Positions 1 to 10,743 of a stretch of 64,000 nucleotides of DNA are shown one piece after another. Source of the stretch: Malacoraja senta (Eukaryota); NCBI GenBank assembly GCA_038087875.1, contig CM075988.1:21516001-21580000 (forward strand), given 5' to 3'. How positions within the stretch are numbered: the stretch's first letter is position 1; every line of letters begins with the position of its first letter. A program made the translations under genes and the position numbers. A model generated the notes under the pieces. That model was given only the letters and a program-made list of their open reading frames with translations. It was not told the origin of the DNA and searched no databases.

Positions 1-762
1 CGAAATTAAAAACAAAAAGAAAAAGAGTTAAGAAATAGGCCCTAAGAAAAGAAAAGAGAGAGAGAAAAAAAGAAAAACAAATGTTTTTTTTTTTGAGCAT
101 CACGTAAATAGGACATACCAACTCTTCAACTATCATCCCCCCTTACCCGACCTCAATTTTTTATTTTTTTAAAGTACTTTTGCACCCTATGTTTGTAATA
201 ATTCTATAAATGCAGACCACGTCAGGTGGAAGTGATCTGGTTTACCTGCTAGGAGGAGTCTTATCTCTTCAAGGTGTAGTGTTTCAAACATATTTGAAAT
301 CCACATATTTATAGTTGGTATTGGAGCCTTCTTCCAAAATTTTAGAATTAGCTTTTTTCCAGTTATTAACCCATAATCCATTAATTTCTTTTGAAACACA
401 TTTAGTTCTGGATCATCTTCCGTTATTCCGAAGATAATCCATTCTGCTTTGGGTATCAGTCTTGTTTTAAATAACTTTGTAAAGATTTCAAAAATTTCAT
501 TCCAAAATTTTTGAATTTTTGTACAGAAGACAAATGAGTGCGCTATAGTTGCTTCTTGGGATTGACATTTATCACAAATAGATGATACGTTTGGGAAAAT
601 TTTATGAATTTTAGTTTTCGAATAATATAATCTATGTAAAATTTTAAATTGTATTAAAGTGTGTCTTACATTAATCGAGCATTTATGTACTTTTAATAAG
701 TATTCATTCCAACTTTCCTTTGAAATTTTAATAGCTAACTCTTGTTCCCAGTCTCTTCTGAT
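1..762 (-). mobile_element. L1-clade LINE 3' fragment (ORF2 C-terminal Cys-rich region plus 3' UTR)
   Basis: Minus strand reads ...CSINVRHTLIQFKILHRLYYSK...CDKC...HSFVFC...FW... continuing into ORF 187..399 (KKLILKFWK...W), typical of the C-terminus of fish-type L1 ORF2. Confidence 0.8.
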
Positions 763-1299
763 ACCCTCCTGTACCTTGATAATAAAGAATCATTGAACCA
801 TTGACAATGTTCTTGGCAATAACTAGATTTAAAAAAAAGTGAAATAATAGTAAACTCAGAGAGAGGGAGTACCCGAAATATCTACTCTCTATCTACAAAG
901 TTTGAGTGAAAAAATCGATAAGAGAGTAAATAAATTAAGAGCAAACCAGGAAATATAAATAGCGTCAGGTTGGGGGGGATTGGTACAAGTCTCCAAAGGG
1001 GAAGCAATTAGTCTTCATGAATAAGGAACCCCAGAGGAGGACAGGGAACATTGCAGAGGAGAAAACAAAAAAGACAAGTTATATCAAGCAAATATCCTCT
1101 TTAGAGTGGAACACACTGATCATTCTGTAAATTGCAATGAGACAAATATTTGATGACCAATGAGATAATTAATAGCAAAGGAAAGATGCTAGAAGAACAT
1201 TAATGGACCTGATCACTGCTGTCCCTTGAACAAAATGCTGGAGTAACTCAGTAGGATCTTTTCTAAGCTCCTTGACCCCCATCTCTTTTGATGTCTTGT

Positions 1300-1500
1300 T
1301 TTCACACTTTACTCTTCCTTATCTTTGTGTCTCCCTCCCCCCCAGACTCTCAGTCTGAAGAAAGGTCTCGACTCAAAACATCGGCCGTTCCTTCCCTCCA
1401 GAGATGCTGCCTGTCCCGCTGAGTTACTCCAGCTGAGTTACTCCAGCATTCTGTGTCTATCTTCGGTGTAAACCAGCATCTGCAGTTCCTTCCATCCTAC
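1300..1500 (+). mobile_element. Penelope-like element terminal unit (degenerate hammerhead-like core)
   Basis: cagtctgaagaaaggtctcgactcaaaac...gatgctgcctgtcccgctgagttactccagc...cagcatctgcagttcc, same unit as found after the GIY-YIG ORF at 27771. Confidence 0.75.
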
Positions 1501-1647
1501 ATTTCATCTGGCCTTTGTGCCTGATGCACTGCACAGAGTGAATCTCACCCGCTGAGTTTCTCCAGCATTTTTGTCTACCTTCGATTTTCCAGCATCTGCA
1601 GTTCCTTCTTAAACGTGAATCTAACAGCTGTATTTTCAGAAACAGTG

Positions 1648-1990
1648 CGTGTCGAACACCTTCGCTCAGCCCGCCTTGCCCTAGGAGATCTCCTGTTTGC
1701 CAAACACATTAACTCCTCCTCCCATTCCCATTATAACCTTTCTGTCCTGGGTCTCCTCCATTGTCAGAGTGAGGCCGATCGCAAATTGGAGGAACAGCAC
1801 CTCGTATTTCGCTTGAGCAGCTGTCAACCCAGGGTTATGACTTTTGATTTCTCTGATTTCAAGTAACCCTTGCATCCCCTCTCTCTCCGTCCCTCCCCCC
1901 ACCCTAGTCGTCGACCTAGTTTCACTGCTGTCCTGTTGAGTGTCTGTGTTCGGTTTAAACCAGCATCTGCAGTTCCTCCCTTCCACATTG
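1648..1990 (+). mobile_element. Penelope-like element remnant (GIY-YIG C-terminus)
   Basis: ORF 1615..1866 EHLRS...LSVLGLLHCQSEADRKLEEQHLVFRL aligns by eye to the C-terminus of ORF 26923..27654. Confidence 0.8.
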
Positions 1991-2506
1991 CTGTTATATC
2001 TGTTCGCCAGCGGTTTTGCTGAAATGTGCATCGAAACTCCATCACTGTTCAGAAACAGAATGGAAATTATTCCACTCCTGTTACCGCTGTGAAAGATTGC
2101 CCAGGTATATATTCAATCCACACACATAGCAGGACTCGTCCAACATGGCCTTCCCTCCACTCTCAATCATCTGCAAAGTAATGGAAGCCACTGTTGGCAA
2201 CGCTATCAAGCTGCACTTACTCAATTATCTCAACTGAGTGGGAGGAGGTTTTGCTCTGATCCGAGTCCTTCAGGTTTTGTCCAAATGTGGATTAAAAAAA
2301 GCTGATTTCAGCAATCATGATGAAAGAGACAGGCCTTGACATTGGAGCAGTTTTGATCAAGAGTGTTACCTGGATGCTCGGGTGAAACATCAAATCGATG
2401 GACAATGTGGGGAGAAGCTTACTGGCTGAAATCCAACCTCGCCCAAAAGGAGACCGATATGTTTTTTGGAGATCAACCTGCCCAACCTACAGGAGATGAT
2501 TACAGG

Positions 2507-2815
2507 AGTTTAGTTTAGTTTAGTTTACAGACATAGGCCACTTCGAGTCTGTGCCGACCAGCGATCCCCGTACACTAGCACAATCCTACACACACTAGGG
2601 ACATTTTACACCTATACCAAGCCAATTAACCTACAAGCCTGTACGACTTTGGAGTGTGGGAGGAAACCGAAGATCTCGGAGGAAACGCATGCAGGTCACG
2701 GGGAGAACGTACAAACTCCGTACAGACAGCACCCATAGTTAGGATCGAACCCGGGTCTCTGGCGCTGCAAGCGCTGTAAGGCAGAAACTTTAGCGCTGCA
2801 CCACCGTGCCGCCCA
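2507..2815 (-). mobile_element. tRNA-derived V-SINE (HE1-like)
   Basis: Minus strand has A box tggtgcagcg, B box gggttcgatcc, V-domain ggtttcctcccacactccaaag and (TAAAC)n tail. Confidence 0.85.
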
Positions 2816-2964
2816 CCTCCATTCAGCGCTGATTCATCTCCAGCCTTAGAGTCAGTTATCCACCTGGGGATAAAGGTTCTGACTGTCTACCCTGTCTATG
2901 CCTCTCAAAATTCAATGTCAGTAACTTCGCTAGTTTTGCTTGTGTTGACTCATAGCACCTGGTC

Positions 2965-3207
2965 ATCAAGTCATACAGCATTGAAACAGGTCCTTGGGCC
3001 CAACTTGCCCACACTGGCCGACATGTCCCATCTACACTAGTCCCACCTGCCTGCGTTTGGCCCATATCCCTCCAAACCTGTCCTATCCATGTACCCGTCC
3101 AAATGCTTCTTAAATGTTGCGATAGTCCCTGCCTCAACTACCTCCTCCGGCAGCTCGTTCCATACACCCACCACCATCTTTGTGAAAAAGTTACCCCCCA
3201 GGTTCCT
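2965..3207 (-). mobile_element. CR1/HER1-like LINE 3' end
   Basis: Minus strand resembles the CR1 ORF2 end (VVGVWNELPEEVVEAG) and shares the gggcc..gg.cctgtttc tail with the SINE. Confidence 0.75.
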
Positions 3208-3727
3208 AATGACTCCATTTATCAGGTTGATAAGTGGACATTAAACCATCAAGAACGCATGTTTGTCAACCCAGAGAGTTTGAAGCAACCGCTCAGATCC
3301 CTCTTTGATCGGTGGGCCTGGAGATAGAAGATCAATGGACCTACACGCGTGATGGATGCATTCACTATTGAACAATTAGCAATCTCAAACTAATCCATTG
3401 AAATACTCAGAACCTCTATGATCCTGAGGGTTTTTTCTTTAATTCCCATCAAAATAATGCAAAATCTTTAAAAAATAATTAGACAGAATTATAAATGGGG
3501 CTGTCAAAGAAAGTCTATATCACGCAGATAGCTGACTCTGTAATTAGAATCTCTTTTATTTTTATTTGTTGAGGTTATTCAGGGCACTGGGAAAAGCCAT
3601 TTGGCCTTACGGCTAACAGATATTTTAAATAATATGTAGAGTACATCGTCGCGGGTTGAAGTTGAGGGAAGATTTGATGGAAGTATATAACATTATAAGA
3701 GGATTAGATAGGGTAGACATTCTGAAC

Positions 3728-4472
3728 CAGGCACGGAAATCGCTATCAAAATATGGAGGGGAACGGGGGACAGGGGGAACACAATTTCTTGGCGGCCACA
3801 CGCGCATGCGCACACACACACACACACACAGGCGAGGTAGTTTCTTTGCTTCGGAGGCTCAATCCAGCGCTAAATGCAGCTCAACTCTGCCTGTCTCGTC
3901 GGGCTAACCTACAGCCCTGCCTGGACTGACGGCTCACCAGCGCGGCTTCTCCGCGCTGGCTGTAAACCTGGGCCATATTTCCCTTAAGTTCAGGCAGGGC
4001 TACAGGTTAACCCGGCGGGACAGGCTGAGTTGAGCTGGGTTTTGTGCTGCTTGTCTGCGCTGGCTGTGGGCCTGGGGGTACAGCTCCCGTCTGACTCCCG
4101 ACGTCTCTGGCCACCCCCGGGCGTGGGGGGGGGGGGGCCACTCGGGTGGGGACGGGACAGCGCCGGAGAGCCGGGATCGATCCTGGCTGTGGATGAGGCG
4201 CAGGTCTGTGCCGAGTGTGTTTTGGCGCGTCTCCCTCCTCCAATCATCGCGCTGAATTATCATGTCCCGCCCCCATTGCCTGCTGACCGACGTCTCTCTC
4301 GTCCAATCAGCGCCCTTGATCAGCAGTCCCACCCCCACTGTCTCGCGGAAAGCGGAGATTTCACCGGGTTTTTAGATCCGGATTACAAAAAATGGGGGGG
4401 ATCGTCCCCCACCTCTCAAAACAGGGGGGGGGGGACGTGTCCCACCTGGCCCCCCCGGGATTTCCGCCCCTG
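3728..4472. mobile_element. hAT-type non-autonomous DNA transposon (MITE), 745 bp
   Basis: 14-bp imperfect TIR CAGGCACGGAAATC / GATTTCCGCCCCTG; 8-bp flanks ttctgaac (3720-3727) and gtttgaac (4473-4480); cleanly interrupts a CR1 fragment. Confidence 0.7.
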
Positions 4473-4593
4473 GTTTGAACCTTTCTCCCAGGGTGGAAGT
4501 GTCCAACACTAGAGGGCACAGCTTTAAAGTGAGAGGGGTGAAGTTTAATGGAGATATACGGGGCAAGTTTTTCCCACAGAGAGTATAGCATAA

Positions 4594-5176
4594 AGGCTCT
4601 GTCTTACCTGTATGCGGTCATCGGCGGTGAAGCGCGGCGTCGCCGGTAGCGGGGACCGCACGGCAACGGCGAGAGCGCCGAGCCTATCCACGGGAGCGCC
4701 GCACGGATGCTGCGCGGGGGCCGAGTAATTCAAACACGGCGGGTCCCACGTGCTTGCGGTAAGTTAAAAAAAGGGCGGGCCGACTGCGATGACGTCGGCC
4801 CGCCGCACGTGACTCACTAGCGGCGGCTGTGGCGGCGGCCGTCCTGATCGCGGTGCTGTAGCAGTGGCTGTGCCTGCGGCCGTGCAGCACACGTGCCTCA
4901 CTGGCGGAGGCTGTGGCAGTGGAGGTTTGACGCACGGCGCTCGAGCCACACTGGCGGCGGCCCGTGCGGGCGGCCGTGCCGCACTCGTGCATCACTGGTG
5001 GAGGTTGTGCGGTAAGATTATAGTTTTCAACAGTGTAGGTTTTATTTTAGCACCGTGCGGTGTTGGGAACACCGCCGCACGGCCCCGGAATTATATGTTC
5101 TCACGAGTGCGCGGTCTATGGCGGCAGATTCTTCCCGTTTCACCGCCAATGACCGCAGACTCGTGAGACAGGCTTT
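4594..5176 (+). mobile_element. CpG-rich PIF/Harbinger-type MITE, family A copy 1
   Basis: TAA on both flanks; imperfect TIR of about 40 bp (AGGCTCTGTCTTACCTGTATGCGGTCATCGGCGGTGAA vs TTCACCGCCAATGACCGCAGACTCGTGAGACAGGCTTT); two more copies in the window. Confidence 0.8.
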
Positions 5177-5516
5177 TAACTCTCTGGAACGCGTGACCAG
5201 GGGTGGTGGTGGAGGCAGATACAATAGTAGCATTTTAGAGGCTTTTAGATGTGCACATGGAAGAGCAGGGATTAGAGGGCTATGGATGATGTGCAGGAAG
5301 ATGAGATCAGTCTAACTTGGCATCATGTTCGGCCCAAACATTGTGTGTCAAAGGACCTGTTCCTGTGTTGTACTGATCCATATTATACATGGGATATAAA
5401 TAATGGAATATATTTCAAAGTTTGTTTCATTTAATGTAATTTTAATAATTCTGTCCTCATGTTTTTCAATAACAAACCAGTTTTTAAACAGATTTTTTTC
5501 CAACATATGTCAACTT

Positions 5517-5820
5517 CGTTTTTTTAGTTTAGAGATACAGCGTGGAAACAGGCCCTCCGGCCCACCGAGTCTGCACCGACCAACGATCCCCGCACATTAA
5601 CACAACCCTACGCACACTAGGGACGATTTTACATTTATACCAAGCCAATTCGCCTACACAACTGTACGTCCTTGGAGTGTGGGAGGAAACTGAAAATCTC
5701 AGGGAAAACGCATCTCAGGGAACGTGCAAACTCCGTACAGGCAGCACCCATAGTCAGGATCGAACCCGGTTCTCTGGCGCTGTGAGGCAGCAACTCTACC
5801 GCTGCGCCACCGTGCTGCCC
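5517..5820 (-). mobile_element. HE1-like SINE with 8-bp TSD
   Basis: Full tRNA head, V-domain and tail; gtcaactt at 5509-5516 and 5821-5828. Confidence 0.85.
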
Positions 5821-6329
5821 GTCAACTTGGCTCATGTTTGGTGCAAAGATTGTGGGCCGAAGGGCCTGTTTTTGTGCTGTACTGATCTATATTCCTCATG
5901 GGATATTAAACATGGAATATATTTAAAAATTTGTTTAATTTAATGTAATTTTAATAATTCTGTACTCTGTTTTTTTCAACACATGCCGGTTTTTAGACAG
6001 ATTTTTTTGTAACGCATGTCGGAATGACGGAAGAATCGCTTTGAAAGAGTTGTCCAATGTCCTGGGTTGTTCCTTATCCTGGTGTGGAGAAGCCCACATG
6101 GTACAAATCCACGGCCTGCAACATGACCCTGTCTCTGCAGCCTGGTCGCTGTGATTCACGTGTGGGAAGGAACTGCAGATGCTGCTTTAAACAGAAGATA
6201 GACAAAAAAAGCTGGAGTAACTCATAGAAATATAGAAACATAGAAAAATAGGTGCAGGAGTAGGTCATTCGGCCCTTCAAGCCCACACCGCCATTCAATA
6301 TGATCATGGCTGATCATCCAAAATCAGTA

Positions 6330-6521
6330 TTTAAGAAGGAACTGCAGATGCTGGAAAATCGAAGGTAGACAAAAGTGCTGGAGAAACTCAGCGGGTGCAG
6401 CAGCATCTATGGAGTGAAGGATCAGTCTGAAGAAGGGTTTCGGCCCGAAACGTTGCTTATTTCCTTCGCTCCATAGATGCTGCTGCTGCACCCGCTGAGT
6501 TTCTCCAGCACTTTTGTCCAC
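6330..6521. mobile_element. Fold-back (inverted) pair of PLE terminal units inserted in a CR1 3' end
   Basis: Left arm is the reverse complement of the right arm; 15-bp TSD catccaaaatcagta at 6315-6329 and 6522-6536; intact core at 6427-6454. Confidence 0.85.
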
Positions 6522-7174
6522 CATCCAAAATCAGTACCCCAACCCTGCTTTATCCCCTAAGAGCTAAATCCTACTCTCTCTTGAAAATTTCCAGTGAATT
6601 GGCCTCCACTGCCTTCTGTGGCAGAGAATTCCACAGATTCCCCAGATTCACAACTCTCTGGGTGAACTCAACAGGACAGGCAGCATCTCAGGAGAGAAAG
6701 AATGGGTGGACAGGCAGCATGGGTCTCGAGCCGAAACGTCACCCATTCCTTCTCTCCAGCTGAGTTAGCTCTTTGTGTCTACCTTTGGCTGTGATTCACT
6801 GTGTGGACAATATGGATTGAAACTCAGCCTTCTTATATGCATAACATGCCCAAGTGAAGCAGATATAATGAATCCGCAGCCTTATCCACCTTTGATACTG
6901 ATGTCCTTTATTCTACTTGATATCCAAACCTTTTATACCAAAGATAATAAATGACAGGAAAAAATGATGCTGCAATACTGCGGAGAAATGCTTTGAAATT
7001 AATTTCCTCAAAGTAGAATTTTTCGCCAAATCTATTAATGCGTTTCTGTGAATCCCGACATTGCTCATCTTGAATCAATTAAAAAAAAATTGATCTACTA
7101 ACAATCCAAAATCAAATAGTCAGGGTGAGACATTCACCATCACTCATACTGGTGCAGAGAGAATCTATCACGAT

Positions 7175-7545
7175 ATGGTTCATGTGATAGGAGCAGAATG
7201 AGGCCATTTGGCTCATCGTCTACTCCGCCATTCGCTCACGGCCGAACTATCTTTCTCACTTAACCCCATTCTTCTGCCTTGTCCCCATAACTCCCGACAC
7301 CTGTACTGATCAATAATCTACCTATCTCTGCCATAAAAATGTCCATTGATTTAGCCTCCACAGCCCTCTGCCCGGCAATGAATTCCACAGATTCACCACC
7401 CTTTGACTGAAGAAATTCCTTCTCATCTCTTTCCTAAAGGAATGTCCTTTAATTCTGAGGCTATGCCCTCTGGTACTAGACTCTCCCACTAGTGGAAACA
7501 TCTTCTCCACATCCACTCTATCCAAGCCTTTCATTATTCGGAAAG
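7175..7545 (-). mobile_element. CR1/HER1-like LINE 3' end
   Basis: ORF 7322..7561 KGLDRVDVEKMFPLVGESSTRGHSLRIKG...FFSQRVVNLWNSLP is the CR1 ORF2 C-terminus. Confidence 0.85.
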
Positions 7546-7909
7546 CTTCTGTGCATAACATGCCTCTCTGTGTAGGAAGGAACTACAGATGCTGGTTTAA
7601 ACCGAAGAAAGACACAAAATGATGGAGTAACTCAGAGGGTCAGGCAGCATCTGTGGAGAGAAGGAATGGGTGACATTTCGTGTTGAGACCCCGACCAAAA
7701 CCAAGAGAATCAGGTTTGAAACCTTCTACAATGTCGGATTCATAGTTATTGCAGTCTCGGTAGCCATTCTTTACAGCAGTGAAATAAGGCTAATAAAACA
7801 GAAATTGCTGGAAAATCTCATGAGGTCAGGCAGCATCTGTGGAAAGGGAAATAAGAGTTAATGTTGCAGATTGGAGCTTGACCAAGGGATTATTGACTTG
7901 AAACATTAA

Positions 7910-8141
7910 ATGGCCTGTCCCACTTGGCGATTTTATCAGCGACTGCCGGCATCATTGACTGAAGTATCAGGTCACCGAAAAATTTGCGGCATGACGCGGC
8001 GTGATGACGTATGACGAGCGGTGTTTTTTCAAGTATCATTTTTTTTTGTCGCCGCTGGATTTTGAAATTTTCGAAATCTTTTGCCGACACTGATATGACG
8101 CCGGGCAGTCGCCGAAAACATCGGCAAGTGGGACAGGCCCT
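7910..8141. mobile_element. PIF/Harbinger-type MITE, family C (232 bp)
   Basis: TIR ATGGCCTGTCCCACTTG / CAAGTGGGACAGGCCCT; TAA at 7907-7909 and 8142-8144. Confidence 0.8.
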
Positions 8142-8939
8142 TAACTCCATATCTCTTTCCACACTTGCTGCCTGAGTGTTTACTACATTTTAGAGTCATA
8201 CGGCATGGAAACAGGCCCTTCGGCCCCAACTCGTCCATGCCGACCGTATTTTGTAACATTGTGTGGTCCCATTTTCATGCATTTAGCCTATATTTCTCTA
8301 AATCTTTCTTAGCCATGTACCTATGTAAATATCTTTAAAATGTTGCCATTATACCCACCTTTACAACTTCCTCTGACAGTTCATTCCATATACACACCTC
8401 CCTCTGTGGGAAGAAATTGCCCATTAGGTCTTTTTTAAATCTGTCGAATTTTGTATATAATTTAACATTTCCAGTACCTGCAGTTTTCTTTAATATTCAG
8501 TAAATGATAAAGGTATCCTCGTCGTGTGCCATAATATCAAAGTGGGCAAATATTTTCCAAGTTCTTGACAATGCACCTTATATTTACCTGCACTCTGTGA
8601 CAATAACGTTATAACACTCTAACGCTTTATTCTTCTACAATGCCTCAACTCTATATTCTACACTCTGGCATTTCCTCCCACAACCTGTTGTACTTGTGTA
8701 TAGGAAGGAACTGTGGATAGTGGTTTATACCGAAGATAGACATGAGGGGATGGAGTAACTCAGCGGGCCAGGCGGCATCTCCAGAGAAAAGGAACAGGTG
8801 ATGTTTCTGGTCAAGACCCGTCATCTGACTGATTTTGACATTTGGCATTGGTTTATTACTGTCATGTGTACCAACATAGAGTGAGAAGCTTTGTTTGCCT
8901 GCTGTCTAATGATACCATAAAGCCATACACAAGTGCTAC

Positions 8940-9170
8940 AGAAGGTAGACACAAAACGCTGGAGTAACTCAGCGGGACAGGCAGCATCTCTGGAGAGAAG
9001 GAATGGGTGACGTTTCGGGTCGAGGCCCTTCTTCAGACTCTGAAGGAGGGTCGCGAACCGAAACGTCTCCGATTCATTTTGCCAAGAGACGCTGCCTGTC
9101 CCTCCGTGTTACTCCAGCTATTTGTGTCTATCTTTGGTGTAAACCGGCATCTGCAGCTCCTTTCTACACA
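8940..9170. mobile_element. Fold-back pair of PLE terminal units
   Basis: Minus-sense unit 8940-9037 abuts plus-sense unit 9040-9170 at their CUGA ends. Confidence 0.8.
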
Positions 9171-9361
9171 TTGAAAATTTGCACATTGTGAAGCCAGAAG
9201 AAGGAATCTAGGTGGAAAGGGGTGGGGACGGGGGGGTGGGGGAGTGGGGGGGGGGTGTGGGAGATGGGGGGGGTGGGGGAGGGGGGGGAGGAATAGGGAG
9301 GAGTCCCGGGAAGTTGCTCCAATTCAATTCTTTACACCAATAAAAATGAATATTCACTCAC

Positions 9362-9605
9362 GCATGGTGGCGCTGCGATAGAGTTGCTGCCTTACAGAGT
9401 TGGAGTCCCAGGTTCGATCCTGACTACGGGTGCTGTCTGTGCAAAGTTTGTACGTTCTCCCCGTGACCTGTGCGGGTTTTCTCCTAGATCTTCAGTTCCC
9501 TACCACTCTCCAAAGACCTGCAGGTTTGTAGGTTCATTGGCTTGCTATCAGTGGACTCGGTGGGCCGAAGGGCCTGTTTCCGCGCTGTATCTCTAAACTA
9601 AACAA
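9362..9605 (+). mobile_element. HE1-like SINE (internally deleted)
   Basis: tRNA head, V-domain, gggccgaagggcctgtttccgcgctgtatctctaaac tail. Confidence 0.8.
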
Positions 9606-10297
9606 AACACATCGCACTGAAGAGAAGGAGCCAAATTTCTCGGTCACCTTTCCTATTTATTTGCCACGTTTGTCTACGAGTACTTCCTCATTATCTATTG
9701 GTACCGGTGCTTCATCGCGTCTCCAGTGTGGCTGCTACAGCCTTTTTTTCTCCCAGGGCCAGCCACCAGCAATAATTACAATTTGTGATTCCATGACTGA
9801 CTGAACATCCTGAGTGGATAATTAGTGCACTGATCAATTTATGGCAGACATCTTATTTAATCTGCTTCTTCATCAATCCAGCATTGTAAACTTTTATGCA
9901 TAAGATAGACACAAAATGCTGGAGTAACTCAGCGGGACCGGCAGCATCTCTGGATTGAAGGAATGGGTGACATTTCGGGTCGGGACCCTACTTCAGCCCT
10001 TTATGCATGTTCTGTGCAAATATCTGGATACCTCATAATTCCCATCTGCCACTTGCTGCAGAACAGCACTCGTGAGTGCGTGGACCAGGTACTGTACAGA
10101 ATTAAATGCAGAGACAATGTTTTCCTAGGCTGGCTGAATACAACCAGTTTTCCCATAGGTACCATCCACAGTATATCTCTCGTTCCCCTCTCTCCAACTC
10201 TCAGTCTGAAGAAGGGTCTCAACCCGAAACGTCACCTATTCCTCCCCTGCAGAGATGCTGCCTGACCCGCTGAGTTACTCCGGATTTTGTCTTCAGA

Positions 10298-10633
10298 GTT
10301 TAATTTAGTTTAGTTTAGTTTAGTTTAGTTGGTTGTCACGTGTACCAAGGTACAGTGAAAAGCTTTTTGTCGTGTGATAACCAGTCAGTGGAAAGACTAT
10401 ACATGATTATAATCGAGCCATCCACAGTGCACAGATACATGATAAAGGGAATAACGTTTCGTGCAAGATATAGTCCAGTAAAGTCTGATTAAGGATAGTC
10501 TGAGGGTCTCCAATGAGGTAGATAGTAGTTCAGGACCATTCTCTATTTGTTGGTAGGACGGTTCAGTTGCCTGATAACAGTTGGGAAGAAACTGTCCCTG
10601 AATCTTGAGGTGTGCGCTTTCACACTTCTGCAC
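10298..10633 (-). mobile_element. Old Rex1/Babar-like LINE 3' end
   Basis: Minus strand ...ttcagggacagtttcttcccaactgttatcaggcaactgaac (RDSFFP.VIRQLN)...ggtacacgtgacaa plus (TAAAC)n tail; same family at 14113, 16747, 50720 and 62415. Confidence 0.7.
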
Positions 10634-10635
10634 TT

Positions 10636-10701
10636 ATAAGCATATAACCATAACAGCACGGAAACAGGCCATCTCGGCCCTTCAAGTCCGTGCCGAACAT
10701 T

Positions 10702-10743
<42 letters not shown>

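Larger units (their letters stand above)
3655..5385 (+). mobile_element. Old CR1-like LINE 3' fragment split by two MITE insertions
   Basis: LREDLMEVYNIIRGLDRVD (3660-3720) resumes at 4473 (gaacctttctcccagg...actagagggcacagc) and again at 5180 (ctggaacgcg...ggaggcagatac). Confidence 0.75.

Noticed and set aside
2720..2815. tRNA genes at the SINE heads
   Set aside because: A and B boxes are always followed by the V-domain and LINE-derived tail; these are SINE promoters, not tRNA genes.
4591..5179. Kolobok/piggyBac (TTAA) or Tc1/mariner (TA) assignment for MITE family A
   Set aside because: The reconstructed empty site at 56578 contains TTAG, not TTAA; all three copies fit a TAA duplication with in-register TIRs, favouring PIF/Harbinger, although TA cannot be formally excluded.
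3990..5315. Cluster of overlapping ORFs and an apparent CpG-island promoter
   Set aside because: The ORFs arise from high GC content inside two MITEs bounded by TIRs and TSDs; no domain is recognisable and frames are not preserved among copies.
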